Assembly (NCBI GenBank): GCA_035534015.1
Contig: DATLSP010000161.1
Location: 1-34,517, forward strand
DNA from: Nitrolancea sp.
Lineage (GTDB): Bacteria; Chloroflexota; Chloroflexia; Thermomicrobiales; Thermomicrobiaceae
Direction of reading: 5' to 3'
Length of the DNA: 34,517 nucleotides
This document shows positions 12,199-20,513 of the stretch, piece after piece. The notes under the pieces are model-generated. The model did no database searches. It was not told the origin of the DNA and saw nothing but the letters and a program-made list of their open reading frames with translations. The first letter of the stretch is position 1; every line of letters starts with the position of its first letter. A program made the translations under genes and the position numbers.

Positions 12199-15100
12199 GG
12201 GTTGACCTTGGCAGAGAGTTTCGGCGCAAGTCTGGGGAACGGGATCACTTCGTACACCGTCGTGTCTCCTGACTTGAAGGCGATGCGCAGATCGGTCCCG
12301 ACCATTGCGTCAAGCGTTGCCAGACCGGCCACGCTGGCATAGGGTTGGTCGCCCGCGAAGATGCCCGCGAACCCGGGGTCGGGTTCCCATTCGCGTTCGA
12401 CGTCACCGACGATGATGAAGCGGATTCCGTATTGATCAATGAGTGCGCGCTTCGTCGCGACATCGGTTGAATTGTAGAGCGTGTGCAAATCGACGAGCCG
12501 TTGATCGATCCCGGGCCAGTAGCGCTGTTGCCGTTCGTGGCTGTCCCAGCCCAACACGGAAGGGAGTCCGGTGCCCGAGGAAATCCTGGCGCCGTTGCCC
12601 CGATACGGGCCAATGCTCGCCTCGGCGATGATGCCGTTATCGGTGTCGTGGGTCCGTAGCCACTTAATCGCGGCGAGATCGCCGGTGAAGTCGATCTTCT
12701 GGCCGGAGGAGTTGAGAATCCACGATCCATTCATCCATGCTAGACCGTTGAGCGTCAACGTGCTGGGACTGCCCGGCATATGGTTCGCGAGGCGGGCCGG
12801 GGTGCCGGCGATCGGATAGATAAGTCCGGCGGCGATGAGCAGTGTGCTCGTAAGCAGCGCCACTCGGGCTGCGACGATGCGCGGTTTCATCGAGTCGAAT
12901 TCCGGCAGCACCGGTGGACGCGTTGGCTGACCCGCGATGATCCCCAGTGGTTGACGATCCATGGTGGTGGCAACGGTGTAGATGAGCCAGACGAGCGCCA
13001 TCGATGCCGCGAGCGCGAAGAGTGTCCAACCCTCCAGGAAGAACTTGAAGACCGTGTTCATGCGTTCCCAGGGTGATCCGGAAAGATCGTCGACGACATA
13101 GACCAGATCGGTGCCGAGCGTCACGCCTGACGCACTGGCAATCATGAGACCAAACAGGGCGAGCGGCCGTCGATCGGAGAACTGGAGCCAGATGAGGACT
13201 CCAAGGACGAGCGGCACGAGCAACACGGCGGCGGTAGGCCGAATCGGCATGAGAAGCCCGATCAATGCAGCAGCGATCGGGCTCAAATAGACAAGTGATT
13301 GCAGCCGGGAGTCTTCGCCGACCACGACGAGCATCATCAACGGTAGCGCGGCTCCGACGAATCCGGCGACGAGCGCGACGATGAGGACGTGGACCGGGCT
13401 GAGGTCGCGCGTGATCACCGAACAGACGAAACTCGCCGCAACCGCGGCAGCTCCAGCCAGCATACACGCGAGCAGATCATTGCTGTGCGGATTGAAGCGA
13501 CCGATCGCGAGCACGAATCCGGCCAGCGCCAGTATGCCGAGGAAAATGCCGAACTGGACCATATATTGCTCCGGTGCGGTGCCGTTCGTGGTGCGAGCGA
13601 TACCGGACACAAGCGCGACGAAGCGACTGAAGAATGGCCAGAAAAGCGTCCAAGTCATGCCACCGATCGCCAGCCAGATCCCGGCGGCGAGGGCAAACGG
13701 CTTAACGCGATAAGGCCGCCGGGTAATGGCCGTCGTCGCGAGTGCCGCGCCGACGAGCAAGAGTCCAAGCGGCATATCCCACGAATTCGTCACCACCATC
13801 GTACCGAGCACCAGCGCGGTGAGGACTGCCCATACGGCGACGTCTTTGACACAATGTAATCCGGAACGGATGCGTTCGTAGACGAGTGCGATCAGCAAGA
13901 CGGTGATCGGTAGGTCGATCGCGTGAGGGTGCAGATCGGCCCAGATCTGGGTGAAATAGGGAAATTCGGTGATGGTGTAGGTGACGACGCTACGGCTGCG
14001 CCAGAAGTCGAAGGACTGGCCAGTGCTGCTGATGACCTGAATAAAGCCATCGAGATTGCCGATGATCGAGTGCAGGAGCACGCCGCAACCCCCGGCGATC
14101 ACGACCCATTTGAGTCGTGTTGTGCGCAACAGGTCCGACCCGATCGTCGAGCTAAGGCTGAAGACGCCGGCAATCAGCATCGCGCTGACGGTCGCCATCC
14201 CGAGTTGAAAGCCGATTTCAGGCGGTATGCCGGTGAGCTTCCAGAGATAGGCGACGAGGTAGAAGCCGTAATAGTAGTAATTCATCGCGCCACCGGCGAA
14301 CCATGGGTCGTACGGAGGGAAGACGGCACTACGGCCGATGGCATTCATAAACGCCATCTCCATCGGCTTTTCGCCACCGAAATAGGTCTGCCAGAGATCA
14401 GGATTGATCGCCCTCATCGTCAGAAAAAACGCAAAGGCGCCGAAGAAAAATGCCTCAGAGATGAGGATCATGCGCCAGCGTCCTCGAACGATCGGCCACG
14501 CCTGGCGAAAACTCCGGTGAAAGCCGAGCCAAATCGCGGCGACGACAAGCCCAATCGGTAGTAAAAGATTCGGCATGCGAAAGTGGACCAACTGCAGACT
14601 GACTGCGATCCACACCGCATAGCCGGTGACGATCAAACCGAGAGTGCGCGACAGACCCCATCCAAGATCGCTGAAGCGCGCGAAGATAGCGAACGTCAAC
14701 GGTAAGGCAGCGAGCCCGAGAAGGATCAGCACCACGATCCAGACCGCCGTCGCGACCAGGCTGTAGTGTGTGATGGCAGACGACCAGCCGAGGTCGTTGG
14801 CGACGTCGCGCTGATCGACCGGTTGACTCAAGAGTAACGATGGGGACGACGCGTTGCGGGTTGGATCCCACGGTTGGGCGATCGCCGCCGCGAAGCGCTG
14901 CCGGAGTTGATCCGTGGAGAGCGCGGCGACCTTCTTGAAGATGCGCACGTGCGGGTGGTCGTAGACCGAGAAACTCTCGTCGGCGGTGTGATCATTGAAT
15001 GTCATGCCAAACAGCGACGGCTCGACGTTGGATTCGTAGACTTCCTGGAACCCAAGCTGTCCCGATTCAAGTAAGCGGTAATACTCCGAATCGACCGGAT

Positions 15101-16646
15101 AGCGCCAGGGTGACTTCGGAATAGACAACGACAGACGGTCGCTCGACAGAATGACATAGTCGGCTTGCTGCAGCGCGTTCACAATGTAACCGAACTCCTG
15201 TTCGTTCGGTCGATCAGCGTAGAGGTCCATCGTGATCTGCTTATAGTACGGAGTGGGGTATGGGTGACCCGCCAGGGCAATGGGTAATGAATCGTCCCAA
15301 TACTCGGCGGTAAGCGTCGCTCCAGCCGGTATGTTCTGGTAGATCCAGGCCGACGCAGCGATCCGCGTGTTTGTTTTGCCGTAGATCGACTCGAAGGCGA
15401 TCGACCAGCCGAGTGTGCCCGCGACGATGAGCGTGATACCAACAATGGGCGCGACGAAGCGGAACGACCAGGCGCGTTTTTGAGGCAGCAGCTGCAATAC
15501 GAACGCTACCGTCAAAATGACGAGCGCCGGAACGATCGGCTCCATGTAGCGCATGAATTTCGCTTCCGCAGTGGCGATGAGCGCGAAATACGGGACGATC
15601 CAGCTGAGCAGCAGCAACTCGACGAACGAGCGGGAGCGCCAGCGCCAGAGCATGAAGACCACCGCGGCAAGTGCCGGTATCCCGAGGAACGGTCCGAGCC
15701 CCCAGTGGACGAGGTTTCCGAGTTCATACCGTACAGGAATGTCGCCAACAAACTGCCGCGTAAACGGAACGTCAAACTTGCCGCTTACAATGCTCCACTG
15801 CAGTCGCGTGTCGCTGATAAACGCGGCCTGCTGCAGTAGCGCATATGGATCGAAGAGCGCGAACGTGGCCAGCGTGGCGACGCCCGCCGTGGCCAGATGC
15901 TTGACAACCGGATCGAGCATTTCCGGAATACCGCGCGATTTGAACGAAAATATCATCGTCAGAATGATCGGCACGACAAGTTCAACAACGCTGATCTTCG
16001 TCGCGAGCGCCATCGCGAATACGATTCCAGCGAGTGCGCTCCAGCGGTAGCCGGGTCGTTCATGAAAGCGCAGACAGGTGAGCAGCAGGGCAACGGTGAA
16101 GAATGTCACCCAGGTATCGGCGGTGAAGAAATGCGCCAACTGCACCATCATTACCGTGGTGGCCAGTAGCGTTCCGGTCAGCAAGGCGGCTATCCGCCCG
16201 TAGGCGCGGCGCGCGAACACCATTGCCAGGGCGACGGTAGCGACATCGAGCAGTTCGGTCAGATTTCGTCCGATCTCGCCGACGTGGTCATAGTTGTTGT
16301 AATTCGTCTGTTTCAGGGTGCCGACAACCCAGGCGATAAAGTCGGTCAGATAGAGCGGCAGACTGCCGTAGGCGTACGCTTGCGGTTTGCCGTCCGGGCC
16401 GTCGGAACGTGGGTTGAGCGGGCTATGCGCGGGATCGAGCAGCGCCCCCAGGTTGTTGATGCTCGGCGCGTGTATGCGCTCGGTCAACACCATGACGATG
16501 TTGCGTTCATCCGGTTGAAGATACCAGCCGTTGTCCCAGTTATGGCCATAGAGGCGCAAAAAGAGTGCGAGTGCCAGAATCGAAATTACGCCAAGGTAAA
16601 AGAGGAAGCGGCGCGACCGGTCGGTCTTCATGATAGATGGGATCAT
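12195..16646 (-). CDS. giant YYY-motif membrane protein: N-terminal GT-C/PMT_2-like module plus DUF2298 / Chlor_Arch_YYY-like module
   Basis: The tracked ORF runs to 16811 but would overlap the divergent GTPase gene. Plausible starts are ATG 16646 ('MIPSIMKTDRSRRFLFYLGVISILALALFL') or ATG 16631. C-terminal half motifs: 'GGEKPMEMAF', 'YDPWFAGGAMNYYYYGFYL' (14268-14279), 'ITEFPYFTQIWADLHPH', 'NSWDMP' and 'RMNTVFKFF'. N-terminal half: 'LQPDERNIVMV' and 'AYAYGSLPLYL', then the soluble domain 'YWDDSLP...YDHPHVRIFKK'. Confidence 0.85.
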   Translation of the reverse strand: MIPSIMKTDRSRRFLFYLGVISILALALFLRLYGHNWDNGWYLQPDERNIVMVLTERIHAPSINNLGALLDPAHSPLNPRSDGPDGKPQAYAYGSLPLYLTDFIAWVVGTLKQTNYNNYDHVGEIGRNLTELLDVATVALAMVFARRAYGRIAALLTGTLLATTVMMVQLAHFFTADTWVTFFTVALLLTCLRFHERPGYRWSALAGIVFAMALATKISVVELVVPIILTMIFSFKSRGIPEMLDPVVKHLATAGVATLATFALFDPYALLQQAAFISDTRLQWSIVSGKFDVPFTRQFVGDIPVRYELGNLVHWGLGPFLGIPALAAVVFMLWRWRSRSFVELLLLSWIVPYFALIATAEAKFMRYMEPIVPALVILTVAFVLQLLPQKRAWSFRFVAPIVGITLIVAGTLGWSIAFESIYGKTNTRIAASAWIYQNIPAGATLTAEYWDDSLPIALAGHPYPTPYYKQITMDLYADRPNEQEFGYIVNALQQADYVILSSDRLSLSIPKSPWRYPVDSEYYRLLESGQLGFQEVYESNVEPSLFGMTFNDHTADESFSVYDHPHVRIFKKVAALSTDQLRQRFAAAIAQPWDPTRNASSPSLLLSQPVDQRDVANDLGWSSAITHYSLVATAVWIVVLILLGLAALPLTFAIFARFSDLGWGLSRTLGLIVTGYAVWIAVSLQLVHFRMPNLLLPIGLVVAAIWLGFHRSFRQAWPIVRGRWRMILISEAFFFGAFAFFLTMRAINPDLWQTYFGGEKPMEMAFMNAIGRSAVFPPYDPWFAGGAMNYYYYGFYLVAYLWKLTGIPPEIGFQLGMATVSAMLIAGVFSLSSTIGSDLLRTTRLKWVVIAGGCGVLLHSIIGNLDGFIQVISSTGQSFDFWRSRSVVTYTITEFPYFTQIWADLHPHAIDLPITVLLIALVYERIRSGLHCVKDVAVWAVLTALVLGTMVVTNSWDMPLGLLLVGAALATTAITRRPYRVKPFALAAGIWLAIGGMTWTLFWPFFSRFVALVSGIARTTNGTAPEQYMVQFGIFLGILALAGFVLAIGRFNPHSNDLLACMLAGAAAVAASFVCSVITRDLSPVHVLIVALVAGFVGAALPLMMLVVVGEDSRLQSLVYLSPIAAALIGLLMPIRPTAAVLLVPLVLGVLIWLQFSDRRPLALFGLMIASASGVTLGTDLVYVVDDLSGSPWERMNTVFKFFLEGWTLFALAASMALVWLIYTVATTMDRQPLGIIAGQPTRPPVLPEFDSMKPRIVAARVALLTSTLLIAAGLIYPIAGTPARLANHMPGSPSTLTLNGLAWMNGSWILNSSGQKIDFTGDLAAIKWLRTHDTDNGIIAEASIGPYRGNGARISSGTGLPSVLGWDSHERQQRYWPGIDQRLVDLHTLYNSTDVATKRALIDQYGIRFIIVGDVEREWEPDPGFAGIFAGDQPYASVAGLATLDAMVGTDLRIAFKSGDTTVYEVIPFPRLAPKLSAKVNP

Positions 16647-16679
16647 AGCAATGTTGTCATGGTTAGGACAATCAGCCTG

Positions 16680-16709
16680 TTGACCTTCGCAAGGTGTGGG
16701 CCATATACT
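16680..16709 (+). promoter_or_regulatory. putative sigma70-type promoter of the small-GTPase gene
   Basis: TTGACC (16680-16685), N18, TATACT (16704-16709), 65 nt upstream of ATG 16774. The leader contains the hairpin GCTGCG-CGAA-CGCAGC (16736-16751). Confidence 0.4.
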
Positions 16710-16773
16710 CCAAAGGACCAGACGTTGTCGCGAAGGCTGCGCGAACGCAGCGTCGAGAAGCGGGGCCTGCTCC

Positions 16774-17277
16774 ATGAAAACGCTCAAAGTAATCGTCGGT
16801 GGCGAGGGCAACGTCGGTAAGACGTCTCTGATTCGTCAGTATGCCAAAGGGAAGTTTAGCGAAGCCCGGAACATCACGCTGGGCATCGACATAACGACGC
16901 AGGAGTTTCAGATCGACGGGGAGGCGGTTCGTCTCGCGATCTGGGATATCGAAGGGCAGGCCGGCAATCGGCCGAACTTCTACATCGGCGCGCAGGCGGC
17001 GATGTTGGTATACGACGGAACCGAGCCGTCCTCTTTGGAGGCGTTGATCGAGTGGCACAGTCGCTGCAGCCGTTATGCGGGCGACGCCCCAATCCTGGTG
17101 ATCGGCAATAAGATCGATCTCGGTCTAGCATTCCCTCCGCTGTGGGGACGAGTGTTCGCCAAGAACATCGGGGCAAAGCACGGTTTTCTCTCCGCCAAGA
17201 CGGGTGAAAACGTCATTCAGGCGTTCAGTATTCTGGCGAACCAAGCGGTCAATCACGCTAGCGCCGCACGCCGGTAG
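16774..17277 (+). CDS. Ras-superfamily (Rab/Ras-like) small GTPase
   Basis: 167 aa from ATG 16774; the tracked ORF from 16696 overlaps the promoter region. G1 'GGEGNVGKT', switch I 'NITLGID', G3 'WDIEGQ', G4 'GNKIDL', G5 'LSAKTGENV'. Confidence 0.85.
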   Translation: MKTLKVIVGGEGNVGKTSLIRQYAKGKFSEARNITLGIDITTQEFQIDGEAVRLAIWDIEGQAGNRPNFYIGAQAAMLVYDGTEPSSLEALIEWHSRCSRYAGDAPILVIGNKIDLGLAFPPLWGRVFAKNIGAKHGFLSAKTGENVIQAFSILANQAVNHASAARR

Positions 17278-17282
17278 TCCGG

Positions 17283-18248
17283 GTGCCGTTACGCATCGTT
17301 TTTTTCGGTTCTCCTCAGTTTGCGGTGCCGGCGCTTCAGGCGTTGGCGTCGAGCGACCAATTCTCAGTTAACCTGATCGTTACTCAGCCTGACCGTCCGG
17401 CGGGTCGGGGTCGTGAAATCGTCGAGCCACCAGTCAAATTAGCCGCCGCCGCGCTTGAGATCCCCGTCTGGCAACCGACGACATTGAGGTCAGACGAAGC
17501 GCTCCAACGATTGAGCGCCATCGACGCCGATCTGTTTATTGTCGTTGCCTACGGCGAGTTCTTCCAACGGGCCACCCTGGCTCTTCCACGATATGGGTGC
17601 CTCAACGTTCACCCGTCCTTACTGCCACGCTATCGGGGTTCGTCACCGATCCAAGCCGCGATCCTTAATGGTGATTCCGAAACCGGGACGTCGATCATCA
17701 AAATGGTGCGCAAGCTCGACGCTGGACCGATCCTGGCGCAACAGCGCTATGCACTCACGAGCAGCGAAACGGGCGGTTCACTCGCGGTCGAGCTCGCGAG
17801 GATCTCGGCGCAGATGTTGCCGAGCGTCGCCGCCGATTGGTGTTTCCAGAGGATTCAAGCGTTGCCGCAAGATGAGGACGAAGCGAGCTATACCCGTGAG
17901 TTGACCAAGGCGGACGGCGGCCTCGACTGGCATGAGACTGCGACGACGGTCGAGCGAAAAGTGAGGGCGTACTCCCCCTGGCCGACCGCATGGACCCGAA
18001 TCGGCGGTAGACGCCTGGTCATCGCCGAGTGCGCGGCCGAAGGGCGCAACTGGGCAATGTTGCCGGGGTCGGTCGTCGTCGAGCAGCGTGCAGTATTCGT
18101 TGCCTGCGGCGCAGGGTCTATACGCCTGCTGACGGTCCAACCTGAAGGCAAACGTGCGATGACCGCGAGCGACTGGATTCGCGGCCTCAGAAGTGTCGAG
18201 AATCTCCGTTTCGACGAACTTAGCCGCGAGCCGGAGTCGGCCGGATAA
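17283..18248 (+). CDS. fmt: methionyl-tRNA formyltransferase
   Basis: Motifs 'IVFFGSPQFAVPAL', 'VTQPDRPAGRGR' and 'NVHPSLLPRYRGSSPIQAAILNGD'. The GTG start lies 5 nt after the GTPase stop. Confidence 0.92.
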   Translation: MPLRIVFFGSPQFAVPALQALASSDQFSVNLIVTQPDRPAGRGREIVEPPVKLAAAALEIPVWQPTTLRSDEALQRLSAIDADLFIVVAYGEFFQRATLALPRYGCLNVHPSLLPRYRGSSPIQAAILNGDSETGTSIIKMVRKLDAGPILAQQRYALTSSETGGSLAVELARISAQMLPSVAADWCFQRIQALPQDEDEASYTRELTKADGGLDWHETATTVERKVRAYSPWPTAWTRIGGRRLVIAECAAEGRNWAMLPGSVVVEQRAVFVACGAGSIRLLTVQPEGKRAMTASDWIRGLRSVENLRFDELSREPESAG

Positions 18249-18307
18249 CGGGCGAAAACCAGGATCGTTCTCCTTGCGGCCTCGGTATAAATTGACATAA
18301 ATGGAAT

Positions 18308-18691
18308 CTAACGCTTGGAGCGACTTTTCGCCGTGAACGTCTCGAACAGAACAGCGACGACGACGACGAAGGGTAACAACAGGGCGATCACCAGGATAAC
18401 GGTATCGAGAAGCATGTGCGGATGAACCCGGGTGATCTGGTCTCGTTGAAGCTTGGTGCGTAGCGAACTCCAACCGGTGCCGACCTTGCCGGCCCGCCAC
18501 GAGTACGCTCCGGTTACGACAATGACGAGGCAATTGGCGGTAATACCCAGGAAGATCAATCCCGGCGCCCAGCGCCCGAGTACGAGCATGATCAGCGTCA
18601 GCACCGCGCCTACGAACGCGATGATACTGAACTCGATCGTCGCGAAGCGTATGCCGTTGAGGTTGTTATGATCTCGAATCCGTTCGATCAT
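18308..18691 (-). CDS. hypothetical small membrane protein
   Basis: 127 aa with about 4 hydrophobic segments ('FATIEFSIIAFVGAVLTLIMLVL', 'GLIFLGITANCLVIVVTGAY', 'LLDTVILVIALLLPFVVVVAVLF') and a basic C-terminal tail. I recognise no family motif. Confidence 0.55.
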   Translation of the reverse strand: MIERIRDHNNLNGIRFATIEFSIIAFVGAVLTLIMLVLGRWAPGLIFLGITANCLVIVVTGAYSWRAGKVGTGWSSLRTKLQRDQITRVHPHMLLDTVILVIALLLPFVVVVAVLFETFTAKSRSKR

Positions 18692-19000
18692 CGTGCGTGC
18701 CGGTTAGCACCGACAGCCGGCAGCGAAGCGGCCGAATCGCGAAATCTGTATTGCGCATAAGTGCAGTTATCCGCAATCAAGAGGTTGCACTGCCCTGTCC
18801 GCGATCGGCGATGAAAAAAGCGTCCATGGTTTCCGATCGCATGATCCTCCGTACCAGCAATGATTCGACCAATGTCCAGCGATGTATCGGGTTGACTGGG
18901 CGCATATTCTCGTCGGACTCTGACTGCCTGTTGCGCGGGCTGCAACAGCGTGGTTATCGACGGTTGCGGGCTCCGCTAAGCCGATTCGGAAAACTCCGAA

Positions 19001-19264
19001 TTACAAGTCAGTGTTCGCTGCTTGCGCGATCTCGATCCTCGACGTCGCTTCCCTTCGCTCCGCGATGTTTGCCCGGGCAACCGCCAGCATACGTTCGCGG
19101 TTCCGTTGCGCGTCCTCTCGCAGTGCGCGGTGCTCGGTTTCTTCGGCATACCGCGGTCGTTGCCGACGCTCCCGGGTGAACCGCACCAGTGATCTTCTCA
19201 CACACGCCGGTGCTTGATCGATTTCGCTCCCAGCGCAATCCTCGATTTTCCGATTTCGAGACAT
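19001..19264 (-). CDS. candidate small highly charged protein (very uncertain)
   Basis: 87 aa from ATG 19264, with AAGGG about 8 nt upstream. 'RFTRERRQRPRYAEETEHRALREDAQRNRERMLAVARANIAERREATSRIEIAQ' looks helical and charged. GC3 is about 63% by my count, similar to neighbouring genes. The hairpin ATTCGGA-AAAC-TCCGAAT (18984-19001) abuts the stop. No family is recognised. Confidence 0.25.
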   Translation of the reverse strand: MSRNRKIEDCAGSEIDQAPACVRRSLVRFTRERRQRPRYAEETEHRALREDAQRNRERMLAVARANIAERREATSRIEIAQAANTDL

Positions 19265-19616
19265 TTTTCGCGCCCTTATCGAACGATCGTACCGCGCAAG
19301 CGGTCTCACGGCAAGCGACGATCGCTTTGACGAGCGGAATGCGCCGCCGGTTTTCTACGCTAGATGTGCAAACCCCGGCTGGATCTGATTGACGCTCTAT
19401 TCGGGTTCGACGAACTGGTTGCGCCGGACAGTGTTCCGCGCAGACTTGCCGGGCGGGAGTTCCATCCGTGGCACGCCGAAGCCGCTTCTTGATGAGTGCG
19501 CCAACCATCGCCAACGCGGACGCCGTCGATTGTGGCAGGCGTCTTTAGCTCAAGCGTTACGGCGTTGTATGGCGATTATCCAGCGGCGCCGCTCACTGCC
19601 ACATTCGCGCTATGCA

Positions 19617-20513
19617 CTATTCGATGAGCCGTCCCGTAATCACGATTCGTTGATCGTATGCGCCTTTGGCTTGATCGAAGGTCCCGTTGCACGTGATCAA
19701 GGTAATCGTTGGCGTTCCGGTGGAAGCAACGATCTGACTGGCGTCGGCCGTCGCCGAATACGATTCGATGGTCGCGACACGGTATCGAAATGACGTGCCG
19801 TTACCATCGTCGACATCGATTTCGTCACCTGGCTGCAATTGGTCGAGACGCCAAAAGACTGCGGGCCCCACTCCGGCATAATCGAGATGTCCCGCGAACA
19901 CGGCGTTACCCAACGTTCCAGGCTGAGCAGAAAAGTCATACCAGGCGACAACCGACGGCGAGTCCGGTGCCTGCATCACCCCGCCATCGACCGTCTTTAC
20001 TTCCACCGGCGCGTTGACACCAATTGCCGGGATCAGCAGTCGCCTGAGCATCGCCTGAGGCTCGCTCGCGGCGGTCGGAGTATTTTGGCCCGTCGATGTA
20101 GCCACGGTACTTGACGGCGCCGGTAGTTGGGTTGGAGTTTGGGCCGAAGCCACGGTTTGTGCCGGCTGCTCGGTTGGCGCTGGTTCCCCGGTTGGAATGG
20201 GATCCCTGGTTGGTGTGGGTGCGAAGACAACGGTGGGAACCGTTACGTTTGGAGCGACAGCCTGGGGTGTCGCGAGACGTGTAGTTGGAGAGTTGTCGAT
20301 TTGCGGTTGAATGGTTTCGAGTCTGGTCGACGCGCCGGTTGGAGAGGCGATTGCCAGAGAGGACGACGTTCGACCGTTCACTGTTTTATGTGACGGGATC
20401 GTGAAATTTTGAAATGCCAGGAGACAGAGAGCGAATCCAGCGAGTATCACAAACACTACCGAGCGACGGGCCAGCATCTTACGCCTCATCCTCGGTTCGG
20501 GCGGACGAACCAT
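19617..20513 (-). CDS. sortase, class F-like
   Basis: The catalytic domain runs 'LLIPAIGVNAPV...VAWYDFSAQPGTLGNAVFAGHLDY...TLITCNGTFDQAKGAYDQRIVITGRL', giving the His / TLxTC Cys / Arg triad. It has an N-terminal TM anchor and a Pro/Thr-rich linker. The start is uncertain: in-frame ATGs occur at 20651, 20585, 20513, 20489 and 20477. ATG 20477 has GAGG 6 nt upstream; 20513 begins the basic-TM segment. Confidence 0.8.
   Translation of the reverse strand: MVRPPEPRMRRKMLARRSVVFVILAGFALCLLAFQNFTIPSHKTVNGRTSSSLAIASPTGASTRLETIQPQIDNSPTTRLATPQAVAPNVTVPTVVFAPTPTRDPIPTGEPAPTEQPAQTVASAQTPTQLPAPSSTVATSTGQNTPTAASEPQAMLRRLLIPAIGVNAPVEVKTVDGGVMQAPDSPSVVAWYDFSAQPGTLGNAVFAGHLDYAGVGPAVFWRLDQLQPGDEIDVDDGNGTSFRYRVATIESYSATADASQIVASTGTPTITLITCNGTFDQAKGAYDQRIVITGRLIE

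Noticed and set aside
11113-14561. Several 100-270-aa ORFs inside the YYY genes on either strand (11113-11892, 11228-11701, 12664-13467, 13389-13859, 13923-14561).
   Set aside because: All overlap the two long, motif-bearing membrane ORFs. They have Arg-rich, non-protein-like sequences. They are frame or antisense artefacts of GC-rich coding DNA.
16647-16811. A 5' extension of the giant membrane ORF (tracked start 16811), and the tracked GTPase start at 16696.
   Set aside because: The extensions overlap each other and cover the consensus-like promoter. The internal ATGs (16646 and 16774) give a proper basic-TM N-terminus and a canonical GTPase N-terminus (MKTLKVIVGG) respectively.
17778-18533. 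A 251-aa minus-strand ORF.
   Set aside because: It is mostly antisense to fmt and out of frame with the 127-aa membrane gene. No motifs are present.
18898-18919. A minus-strand 'GTCCGACGAGAATATGCGCCC' resembling the 5' part of a guanidine-III (ykkC-III) riboswitch, upstream of a small membrane protein.
   Set aside because: The downstream pseudoknot partner (GGCGC) and the CCGG pairing segment are missing. The membrane protein also shows no SMR or CrcB motifs.
19395-19425. A 'GGGTTCGACGAAC' stretch reminiscent of a tRNA T-arm or the tmRNA 5' end.
   Set aside because: The flanking bases cannot form a 5-bp T-stem. No acceptor stem or CCA-proximal partner is present. A tmRNA-sized element would run into the sortase gene.
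19008-19514. A 168-aa minus-strand ORF, plus the plus-strand ORFs at 18697-19179 and 19389-19793.
   Set aside because: They are Arg/Cys/Ser-rich and non-protein-like, have no motifs, and overlap one another. I kept only the 87-aa charged ORF as a low-confidence candidate and flagged the whole region as unresolved.
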